Shown in pieces: positions 28,268-38,801 of a stretch of DNA of 64,000 bases. Source of the stretch: Mobula hypostoma (lineage: Eukaryota); assembly GCF_963921235.1 (NCBI RefSeq), contig NC_086118.1, forward strand, positions 24,244,001-24,308,000, given 5' to 3'. A program made the position numbers and the translations under genes. Within the stretch, counting starts at the first letter, position 1. Each line of letters starts with the position of its first letter. Below the pieces are notes generated by a model. That model made no database searches. It saw nothing but the letters and a program-made list of their open reading frames with translations, and had not been told where the DNA came from.

Positions 28268-29248
28268 AAGTTGGGTTATTGGTTTTCGGACAAGTATCCT
28301 ACTTCACAATTGATAAGCCTACAAGAGGTGTAGGTATGAGGGGAATGTGACAAGTCATTGTGTGGTGGTGATCCTGATTTCAAGGTAGACTGACTTCAAG
28401 GCAGGGGGTAGGAGGTTGTAACAACTACACCTGAGGGCCTTGCTTGCAATGAAAAAGTTTGAAGGTGGTCAGAGAGACCTAACTAAATGTACAGGATTGA
28501 TCAAAGGTGAGGAAGTCTTGTCCAACAAGAGTAATTGTGAGGTTTAACGGTGCTTGTGGGTGAGAGCAGATGGTGATGGTGAAGGGGAAATATTGTTATG
28601 TTGCCCAATGGAGTTGGAGGTAGCTCCTCGCTTCTTGCTGGCCTTTAAGCAGTAATGTCAAAACATTCACCTCATGAAGCCAGTCCTTGTCTTTGACTTT
28701 TATCTGCCAAGTTTCTGAGGTCTGTGCCCCTTGGATACTTGTGGTTAAAGTAGACTGACTGTGAAAATGAATCCAGCTTATTTCCTTCAGGCAGAGTTCT
28801 TACTCGACCATTCATACCTCTCTGCTAAAACTGGTTTCCACTCAGGTTCAGCTCCTGTTCAGTTTTTACTTCTGACACAATCCCCACCCAAATAGCTATT
28901 AAGCCAATTAAATCAAGTGACTATTTTGTATGAATACTTATGAATTTTAATACGACCAAAAGAAGTGTCATAAATCAGTAACACGAAGCATTAAAGGTGA
29001 AATGCTTTGGATTTATCCCAATAACAACCAAGGCGAACCTCCTTCCCAACTGTATCAACAATCTTCAACACATTAGCATCATACTGTGAGAGATTAGACT
29101 GTGAGGAAATAATTGGAATGAAATGCATTTCAACTCTACTTTCCACTGATCAATAGACTTCTGTAGCTGAACAGGTAAAAATCAAGGAAAGTTATACCCG
29201 TTATTCTTTAAATAATTAAAATATCCTTAAAACAATTCTTTTTTGAAT

Positions 29249-29711
29249 GCATGAACATCGACTTCTCTAACTTCCGCTAATGCCCCACCTCCCCCTCGTA
29301 CCCCATCCGTTATTTATTTTTATACACACATTCTTTCTCTCACTCTCCTTTTTCTCCCTCTGTCCCTCTGACTATACCCCTTGCCCATCCTCTGGTTCCC
29401 CACCCCCCCTTGTCTTTCTCCCCTGACCTCCTGTCTCATGATCCTCTCATATCCCTTTTGCCAATCACCTGTCCAGCTCTTAGCTCCATCCCTCCCCCTC
29501 CTGTCTTCTCCTATCATTTTGGATCTCCCCCTCCCCCTCCCACTTTCAAATCTCTTACTCACTCTTCCTTCAGTTAGTCCTGACAAAGGGTCTCAGCCCA
29601 AAACGTAGACTGTACCTCTTCCTAGAGATGCTGCCTGGCCTGCTGCGTTCACCAGCAACTTTGATGTGTGTTGCTTGAATTTCCAGCATCTGCAGAATTC
29701 CTGTTGTTTAC
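29249..29711 (+). mobile_element. Short PLE 3' fragment (pseudo-LTR only) with 14-bp target-site duplication
   Basis: Matches the 3' ~460 bp of the other PLE copies; TSD cttttttgaatgca at 29238-29251 and 29712-29725. Confidence 0.92.
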
Positions 29712-29831
29712 CTTTTTTGAATGCAGTTATTTTTTAGTCAGTGTACCTGACATTATCTATAAATATATCAGACATTGTATATTACTGAGCATTAAGAGAT
29801 CAAAAAAATTAACTATCAGGGAGCATTTTAC

Positions 29832-30389
29832 CTGTAGAGGACCTTCTGTTTCTATCAGGGCTCGTTCCAGTCGCTTCTTGGCCTGTATAAGAGCGTTAGT
29901 CTCTCCAATTATCTGCTCAGCCTCATGATCTAATTCAGATTTCCAAAACATAATGTCATTGACACGTTCTCCCAAATTTTTGTTGGTTTCAAACTGTGTT
30001 TTCTTTGTAACATTGTCCTTGTTCTGGAGCAGACGAGCAGTGTCAATCCTTAGTCTCTCTGCAATATGTCTGGTGGCCTCCGACTCCTTGTAATTGAACT
30101 GATTGAATTCATGCCAATCCTGGGGAGTGTACCTGGTAATTAGTGCTGTTCTGTTTGATGGTAAATGTGCACTTTTGGCTTCAACAGGTCCAGGGTCATT
30201 CACAGAAATAGAGCCTAGATTAGGAGCAATGCTCGCTACCTTATAGTAAGTACTAGGCCTCCAAGGCATCATTAAGCTGTGTTTATACCCATTAAAAGGA
30301 TAGTGCCCCTTGTAACTTGATGCCATTGTTGAAATTGCTGGCAGAAAGTTAGCAGTAGCTGGCCTAGGACGAGTGTAAGTAGCGGTCAT
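29832..30389 (-). CDS. TEKT3: Tektin-3, first coding exon (558 nt, 186 aa, MTATYTRPRP...IETEGPLQ)
   Basis: Translation contains TEKT3-typical NFLPAISTMASSY, PWRPSTYYKVAS, TRYTP.DW, NLGERVNDI.FWKSE and KKRLERAL.ETE.PLQ. Donor CAG|GTAAAA at 29832/29831, phase 0. Likely acceptor AACAG| at 30415/30414. Confidence 0.95.
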
Positions 30390-30984
30390 GCTGGTTCTAA
30401 AAGTTCAATGAAGCCTGTTCCAATGAAGTACACAAATTATTATTTCTTAAAACACATTTTAAAATTTTTTCTCAGGACAACACTGTATAACATGTGTATA
30501 CATTATACAGGAAATGACTTGCCCTGTGTTTCCAGTACAGAATTACTTTGAAAGGGTAAAAGAAAGTTCATTGCAGCTAAGTTCATCTTCTTCAAATACA
30601 ACAACAGATTTTTTAAAATATATATTTTCGCTGGATTATTACATTTTATTTAGATTCATGAATTTGTTGTTCTTCTTACCATTCCTAACCATCTACTCCC
30701 CTTTAAATTAAATGATACTTGTTGGAAGTAGCATTAATACCATCTGTAAGGTATTTAATATTTCAGCAATATTATAAATACATTGTTTGATTAAGCATTC
30801 TTTGCTGTTTATATAATTTTTTACAGTGATATGTAAAAATACATGATTGGTGCATGTCATTATGCCACCATATCATATATGCACGCTTCACTGATGTAAA
30901 GAACGAAGTAGACCCACTATTTCTGGTTCTGCATGTTTTTCTTTTGTTTGGTTTTATGTTTTGGCGTTATAAAACATAACATAC

Positions 30985-31295
30985 CTCAAGAGTCCTAGTG
31001 CAGGTTTCCCTAAAGTTTAACTTGAAGGTGGAGTCAGTATCAAGGAAGACAAATGCAATGGAGGCATTCATTTTGAGAGGACTAGAATATAAAAGCAAAG
31101 GCTTAATGCTGAGGTTTTATCGGCACTGGTCCAACCACACTGCAGTACTGTGAGCAGTTTCGGGCCACGTAACTAAGGAAGGATGTGCTGACATTGGAGA
31201 AGGGCCAGAGGTTTACGCGAGAAAGATCACGAGGAATGAAACAGTTCGTGCATGAGGAGTATTTGATGGCTCTAGGCCTATAGTCGAATTGAGAA
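30985..31295 (+). mobile_element. CR1 RT fragment, decayed
   Basis: Nucleotide similarity to the reverse complement of the CR1 at 43795-44166. Confidence 0.7.
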
Positions 31296-31473
31296 GAATT
31301 GAGATATCAAACCTCATTCTTTTCCTGCTGATACCGATAACCATACATCTCTGTTAAATACTTATCTGAGGACATTTGATATTTACAAGAATTTCACCTC
31401 AAAAACTGAGAACTAAAGAGGCCAGCAAGGTATTTGCTGAACTGCAGCAGAAAATATAGTGTGCAAATGCCAG

Positions 31474-31575
31474 CTGTACCTCTTCCTATAGATGCTGCCT
31501 GGCCTGCTGCGTTCACCAGCAACTATCATGTGTGTTGCTTGAAATTCCAGCATCTGCAGATTTCCTCGTGTTTGC
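31474..31575 (+). mobile_element. ~100-bp PLE extreme 3' tail insertion
   Basis: Matches the PLE sequence downstream of the hammerhead; imperfect TSD gtg(t/c)gcaa at 31459-31466 and 31576-31583. Confidence 0.8.
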
Positions 31576-31675
31576 GTGCGCAAGACTATTTTGTGAAGCA
31601 GTTAATTTTAACTAGTATTATAATTAGCTGCCATTATATTACTGCACCGTTAGATATCAAAGTTACTGGCTGACA

Positions 31676-31700
31676 GAGGAGGAGGAGGAGGAGGAGGAGG
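31676..31700. repeat. (GAG)n microsatellite
   Basis: About eight tandem GAG units. Confidence 0.9.
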
Positions 31701-32827
31701 GAAGTGAGAGACTCTAAGGATCTTTTAATAATAAAATACTGTTTATTGTTGTAAATCAATGAATTTAAAATTTTAATTCCCTCTAAGCAGCTTTTAATTT
31801 CAGAGAACTTACATGGTTTAAATTAAGTCATTTGCTGCTGATTTACAATTGGTTGATGGTATTAATGCTACTCCTAGCAAGATAATATCTAACTTAAAAT
31901 GTAAAAGATTATTGGGAATGGTTATAGAAATGGTGAAACCAACTGTGAATTCAAATAACAACCCAAGGAACCAAAGTTGTGAATAATAACCTAAATAAAA
32001 TGTTATAATCTAAATAAAGCATTTTAAAAGTTCAGAATTATGTACCTTCCATCTAGCAATATCTGAGGTATTATTTCAATTGCATTTACAGAAGGTACTG
32101 GATAAATCATTAAGAGGGAAAATCAGCTATGTTATCCCCAGCAATCTTTACTTATGTGTTACCGATTAGACTAGTTAATGAGAATGGTGACTTTGGATTG
32201 ATCTCAGTGCTCTTCCCTCTGGAGGGTCATGTAACTGCTGTTCATGGACTAATCATCAAGTAGAGAAAAAGTATAGTCTTTCTCTATTTGTTCTCTAGGC
32301 AGAAGAAGTTTGGATCACTATTTTACAAATTCAGTTTTCATAGATAGGCAATGTCAAGTATTGTGTTACTGTTGGTATCGAGTTACTGTTGTTAGAATGC
32401 AGGCACAGATGAAATGGCTGCATGGTCTCCAAACAGTAAACGTTTTGGCAAGTAATGCATTTAAAAATTCGGCCCTGCCATCTCTTGATTTCATATGTGA
32501 TATCCAATCGCGAAATTCATGTGGAGAGTGAAAACAGTTAACCTTTCCAAAAGATGAGGATAAAGATGAAGCAACTTTTATCAGTTCAGATGGAAATCAT
32601 CATGAGACATTTGCTCTGCTTCTCTGTATGCAGATCCTACCTGACTTGCTAAGTACTTTTATCATTTTCAGTAATTGTATTAAATTCCTATTATCTGTAG
32701 CATTTTGCTGCAGATTGTGAATTTTTTAAATATAAAAGCAGGCATGGGCCTCTATTCAGTGGGATTGTATGCCAGTACTTATATTCTGAATACTTACACA
32801 ATTTAAAGTAAGTACTTTGGTATTGAT

Positions 32828-33120
32828 TTAGACCATAAGACACAGGAGTATAGTAAGGCCATTTGGCCCATCGAGTCTGCTTTGCCATTCGTTCATAGCT
32901 GATTTATATTCTCCGTTAACTCTATTCTCCTCCCTTCTCCCTGTAATAATTAAGGCCCTTATCAATCTCCACTTTACATATGGCCAACAACTTATCTCCT
33001 CAGCCATCTGTGGTAATGAGTTCCCCAGGTTCACTACACTCTGGCTGAAGAAATCCCTTCTCGTCTCCGTTCTAAATGGATGAGAGTGTGCCTCAAGTAC
33101 TCGACTAGACTCTCCCGCTA
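32828..33120 (-). mobile_element. CR1 3' end fragment
   Basis: Similar to 43421-43740 (gaccataagac...ggccatt.ggcccatc). Confidence 0.75.
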
Positions 33121-33717
33121 TCAGGAGTTTGAAGAGATTTGGTTTGTCACCTAAAACACTTGAAAACTTCTATAGATGTACCATGGAAGCATTCTGACAG
33201 GCCTCATCACTGTCTGGTTTGGTGGGGGGGGGGGTGCGGCAGGGGTGTTACTGCACAGGACTGAAAGAAGCTACAGAAATTTGTAAAATTAACCAGCTCC
33301 ATCTTGGGTACTAGTCTCCGTAATATCCAAAACATTTTCAAGAAGCGGTGCCTCAGAAAGTTGACTTCCATTATTAAAGACCCTCCTCAGCCAGGCCATG
33401 CCTTCTTTTCACTGTTACCATCAGGTAGGAGGTACAGAAGCCTGAGGGCACACACTCAGCGATTCAGGAACAGCTTCTTTCCCTCTGTCATAACATTACC
33501 AAATTGGCAATGAACCCATGATACTACTCACCTTTTAAAATATATATTATTTCTGTTTTTGCACTATTTTAAACCTATTCAATGTTCCTATATATACTTA
33601 CTGCAATTGACTTGTTTATTTTTTTTCTTTCTATATTATCATGTATTGCATTGTACTGCTGCTACGTTAACTAATTTCACGACACATGCCGGTGATAATA
33701 AACCTGATTCTGATTCT
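33121..33717 (+). mobile_element. Rex1/Babar 3' fragment
   Basis: LLPSGRRYRSLRAHTQRFRNSFFP; tail aataaacctgattctgattct. Confidence 0.85.
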
Positions 33718-34039
33718 TATCCCAGAACCATCTTTTTGTGACAGGGTACATATTCACCTGCAGCTCATTGGTATGATTTTCTAATTTGTAAGAATTGTAC
33801 TTGAGGTTGGAAATTCTTTATATTCCTTGAAATAAATGTGTCCTATTTAAAATAAAATAGCTGTGTTAATCTGCTCTGTAGCTGAAAGTACTCTCGGGAT
33901 AGAGGACTATTGACAGCTAAACTTCCTCAGAAAAAAAGACTAAAGAAGTGAAGAAAATTAGGCTTTGAATTTTAAGTTAATATAGTATACTCTCTCTAAA
34001 GAGAGTGGACTCATTGATACATATAACTATAAGCATTAA

Positions 34040-34660
34040 GGTCTTGTCTCAAGTTTAAGACTCTAGAACAGGTATATTCAATATCATCACAAGGATATTT
34101 GAAGATCAACATCCAAGACTTGGCATCCTGCTTTCCTATATGCTTTGAGACCAGGACTGCCTACAGAAGGCACTACAAAGCAATGGGAATATACTACCGA
34201 CACTGTCTGCAACATTCCTAACATCTTGGGCTTGGCACATCACTTGCATGTTCAACACCAAATTCCTGAAACAAACACTATTCCAAAATGTCTTGGGAGG
34301 AAATTATCAGGTGAACCAAGAGAAAGATTCAAGGATATGTTCAGAGGTTGCTTGAAAAAGTGCAATACCCCTATTTGGCCTGAGATTATTCAAAGGAGAA
34401 GAGGCATTGAAAATGGTATTGAGAACCTCCTAGCCTTGCATCAGGGGCACAACTCAAGGGGGGGGGGTCATGTAAATAATGGAAGGAATAGATCAGATCT
34501 CCTCACAATTTACCAGTCACGTCATTCATCTCCTGCCCCCATCTGTGGAAAAGTCTCTGGTTCCTATAATAGCCTAATCTGTCACTTCAGAACCCTCAAA
34601 GTTGGAATGAATGAAAGCAAGTTATTCTGCATCCCATGGGACTGCCTGAGAAGTCTCTTC
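34040..34660 (+). mobile_element. Decayed RTE-like LINE 3' region
   Basis: G.PR.RFKD....LKKC and a terminal C..C...L..H zinc-finger-like remnant in ORF 34145..34681. Confidence 0.55.
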
Positions 34661-35209
34661 CTGACTGTTGCACATTCTTAACTTTAGTTCTTTCACATTT
34701 CTGCTGTGTCTTATTAATTGATGAAAATAACTGAGCAGTTTAATAGTTTTCATTCTACTATGCACCCCCGAAAAAAACAAAGAAATACTCTTCAAAGAAT
34801 CGTTCACAAACTCTTAAAATGTTCCAGGTTAAAATGTACATCTACGATTTTAAAAATTAAATTGCACATAAAAAACTACTTTCTACTCATTATGAAAAGT
34901 TACGCTGTTATTCATCGTAACTAACTGGCCCTATTGAAAATTCCATTACATTATACCACCTTTTAACACAGAAAAGTATCATGATTATCTACCTTTAAAA
35001 GTATCTACTTTTAAAAACCTGGTTAATTTTCATGCATTTTCTGAACGTCAATTACTCAATTCTTCAAAAGATTGTGGATTTAACTTATGTACCAGCCCTT
35101 TTAAAACAAAATATTTTAATGCATTACAGAAATGCAAATTATCGATGAATTAGTTTCTAATTCTTTTCTTAGCAAGACACACTACAATTCAAAATATTAT
35201 GTGTTTTAC

Positions 35210-35400
35210 CGACCAGATAATAGGATTTTTTTCCCTCTGGTATGACAATGCCGTCTTCACTCTGTTAGAGGTGCAGCTTTGCTGAACTTTAACAATACTG
35301 TAGCTGCAAACCCGCAGCCGGAGTTGGATATGTTGATTGATTGACACTAGTGTCTGCGACCTGGCGACAGAATCTCGGGTTGGGTGCGCGTCAATTCGCT
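35210..35400 (-). other. TEKT3: Candidate non-coding first exon of TEKT3 (5' boundary approximate)
   Basis: Minus-strand donor GTCG|GTAAAA at 35210/35209 just downstream of the promoter motifs. The coding exon has an acceptor just before its ATG, so an upstream exon is expected. Confidence 0.4.
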
Positions 35401-35630
35401 CTAATTAGCAAATGAGCGTGCGGCAGGGGCGGGACTTAGTCTACGGGTCAATCTGCGCTGTGTGTACGGAAACCCTGGAGCACCGTTGCTATGGACGCCG
35501 TGAGTTGGCAACGACCTCCCCGGGAGGACAGAGACCTGCAGATAGAATGGGCCATGAGGATGAAAGGAGACTTGCTGCCAGGTAAACAAGTCTACACGAG
35601 CTGGGAGAGAAATACCTAACAGTTAGCATG
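35280..35630. promoter_or_regulatory. CpG-rich candidate TEKT3 promoter with GC box, RFX X-box-like, MYB-like and forkhead motifs
   Basis: Local CpG enrichment in apparently non-repetitive DNA 5 kb upstream of the first coding exon. GGGGCGGGAC at 35426-35435, GTTGCTATGGACGC at 35485-35498, GTTGGCAAC at 35504-35512, GTAAACAA at 35582-35589. Confidence 0.7.
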
Positions 35631-37011
35631 CATCAGTGTTTCCACTGATGAACCATAAACTTAATATTGAAATGCGTTAACATTCGAAGTGTCAAATTCA
35701 AACGAGTTCTTAACTTTCGTTCTACTGCAAAGTTTAACACACAAATCATTAATAGAAAGATCTATATTATTGCAACGTCTTTAGGACATCCCAACCCATT
35801 TTTATAGCTACTGGATATTTTTTGAAGTGTTGCTACTGCTGTGATGCAGAAAATGCAGCCGTTAAGTTGTTTACACTTCTACAATACAGAAACAGACCCT
35901 TTGCCCCTCATGTTCGAGCTGACGATCAATCAACTAACTAATCCCATTTAACGGCACTTGGTTCACACCCTTCAAAGCCTTGGCAGTTCTAGAGTTTATC
36001 TAGATATATTTTTTTGAATGTTGCAAAAGTATGTGCCTCCACCATCAACACAGGGACGGCATTCTAGATTCCATATGCCCTTCTGGTAGAAAAAGTTCTT
36101 TCTCAGATCCCTTCTAATTCCCTTACCCCTTACACCAAGTCTCTGCCCTGTATTTCTGATCTCGATAATTCAATATATCCCTGTCAGGGTCCCTTCGGTC
36201 TCCTCCACTCAGTGGAAAACAAACCCAGTCTATCCAGTCTTTCCTCAGTATAATAGTTGCCAGGAAATCCATTTTAGTGATGTTCATTGAGGGAAGAATA
36301 TTGGTCTTAACTTCAAAGTGAGTAAACAGTCTTGTTACGTTTGCTCTTAGTTAAGACAAACAGTTTGGGTAAACACTAGAAAATTTTATTTACAGAAGCA
36401 GTTTTAGCTCCACACTGAGGGTGCAACCAGCTCACCAAGGTCATTTCCCGTTTTGAGGTGAACAGCCCACATTGCACACTAGGAACTGAAGTTCTTTATT
36501 ATGCACAGACATAATAACACATCTTCTCCCTGAAAAGAAAAACAAACACAATACTATGTCCGTCCTCTTAAACCTGCTAGGAACAATAATCCTTTCCAAC
36601 AAAGATTATCTTCAATTGTAATGAGTAAATACAGCCCATTATTCACCCAGTAACTTTCAATCAGTCCCCAAGGTTGTTTAATTATCTGTTTTGGTCTATT
36701 ATTTGCTTCCACAGAAGCATTGTTTTCATCTGCTGTGTTAATATTAGTGTCTTTCTGAGAACTCTGATCAACATATTCTTTTTTTACATCGGCTGGCCCT
36801 TTTGGTGTGCTGACAGGTGACACGTCACAGCTATGGGTTAGAGCTTGTGGCTGTAAATCCATGTGATTCCTTCTCAGAGGTGTCCCTCACTCTGTCAGGA
36901 TCTGGTAAGAATGTTGACCTACTTCCTCTTGCACATAGCCCTGCATGGACTATGTACCAAAATCGTGATCTTGGATTCACACTTGATCCTCAGGCCTTAT
37001 ATACTTCCATT

Positions 37012-38800
37012 TGTCCAGTCCTTATATACTTCCATCCCCCATCAGGAAGGTCTCAAAGCTCTACGCTTCTTTTTGGATTCCAGACCTAATCAGTTCCCCT
37101 CTACCACCACTCTGCTCCGTCTAGCGGAATTAGTCCTTACTCTTAATAATTTCTCCTTTTGCTCCTCCCATTTCCTCCAAACTAAAGGTGTAGCTATGGG
37201 CACCCGTATGGGTCCTAGCTATGCCTGCCTTTTTGTTGGCTTTGTGGAACAATCTATGTTCCGTGCCTATTCTGGTATCTGTCCCCCACTTTTCCTTCGC
37301 TACATCGACGACTGCATTGGCGCTGCTTCCTGCACGCATGCAGAACTCGTTGACTTTATTAACTTTGCCTCCAACTTTCACCCTGCCCTCAAGTTTACCT
37401 GGTCTATTTCCGACACCTCCCTCCCCTTTCTAGATCTTTCTGTCTCTGTCTCTGGAGACAGCTTATCCACTGATATCTACTATAAGCCTACTGACTCTCA
37501 CAGCTATCTGGACTATTCCTCTTCTCACCCTGTCTCTTGCAAAAACGCCATCCCCTTCTCGCAATTCCTCCGTCTCCGCCGCATCTGCTCTCAGGATGAG
37601 GCTTTTCATTCTAGGACGAGGGAGATGTCTTCATTTTTTAAAGAAAGGGGCTTCCCTTCCTCCACTATCAACTCTGCTCTTAAACGCATCTCCTCCATTT
37701 CACGTACATCTGCTCTCACTCCATCCTCCCACCACCCCACTAGGAATAGGGTTCCCCTGGTCCTCACCTACCACCCCACCAGCCTCCGGGTCCAACATAT
37801 TATTCTCCGTAACTTCCGCCACCTCCAACGGGATCCCACCACTAAGCACATCTTTCCCTCCACCCCTCTCTCTGCATTCCGCAGGGATCACTCCCTACAC
37901 AACTCCCTTGTCCATTCGTCCCCCCCATCCCTCCCCACTGATCTCCCTCCTGGCACTTATCCGTGTAAGCGGAACAAGTGCTACACATGCCCTTACACTT
38001 CCTCCCTTACCACCATTCAGGGCCCCAAACAGTCCTTCCAGGTGAGGCATCACTTCACCCCTGAGTCGACTGGGGTGATATACTGCGTCCGGTGCTCCCG
38101 ATGTGGCCTTTTATATATTGGTGAGACCCGACGCAGACTGGGAGACCGCTTTGCTGAACATCTACGCTCTGTCCGCCAGAGAAAGCAGGATCTCCCAGTG
38201 GCCACACATTTTAATTCCACATCCCATTCCCATTCTGACATGTCTATCCACGGCCTCCTCTACTGTAAAGATGAAGCCACACTCAGGTTGGAGGAACAAC
38301 ACCTTATATTCCGTCTGGGTAGCCTCCAACCTGATGGCATGAACATTGACTTCTCTAACTTCCGCTAGGCCCCACCTCCCCCTCGTACCCCAGCTGTTAC
38401 TCATTTTTATGCACACATTCTTTCTCTCACTCTCCTTTTTCTCCCTCTGTCCCTCTGAATATACCTCTTGCCCATCCTCTGGGTCACCCCCCCCCCGTCT
38501 TTCTTCCCAGACCTCCTGTCCCATGATCCTCTCGTATCCCCTTTTGCCAATCACCTGTCCAGCTCTCGGCTCCATCCCTCCCCCTCCTGTCTTCTCCTGT
38601 CATTTTGCATCTCCCCCTCCCCCTCCAGCTTTCAAATCCCTTACTCACTCTTCCTTCAGTTAGTCCTGACGAAGGGTCTCGGCCTGAAACGTCGACTGCG
38701 CCTCTTCCTATAGATGCTGCTTGGCCTGCTGCGTTCACCAGCAACTTTGATGTATGTTGCTTGAATTTCCAGCATCTGCAGAATTCCTGTTGTTTGCGTT
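37012..38800 (+). mobile_element. Young 5'-truncated Neptune-type PLE (RT-GIY-YIG frame open to 38368)
   Basis: Protein differs from the 9198..10559 copy by only a handful of residues; same pseudo-LTR and hammerhead. Confidence 0.95.
38657..38698 (+). ncRNA. Minimal type-I hammerhead ribozyme
   Basis: CTGACGA at 38666-38672, AGG/CCT stem II, GAAA at 38686-38689, GTC at 38691-38693. Confidence 0.8.
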
Positions 38801-38801
38801 T

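Noticed and set aside
30745..30981. Small solo LTR (TG...CA) upstream of the first coding exon
   Set aside because: Termini are plausible, but I found no convincing TSD or second copy in the window.
36554..36862. 102-aa ORF as a host gene
   Set aside because: It is the low-complexity C-terminal tail of the Gypsy pol, running into the PPT and LTR.
36863..37011. N-terminal 50 aa of the 501-aa ORF as a genuine PLE N-terminus or novel fusion protein
   Set aside because: It is antisense Gypsy integrase sequence that happens to be in frame with the truncated PLE; it starts with GTG and has no promoter evidence.
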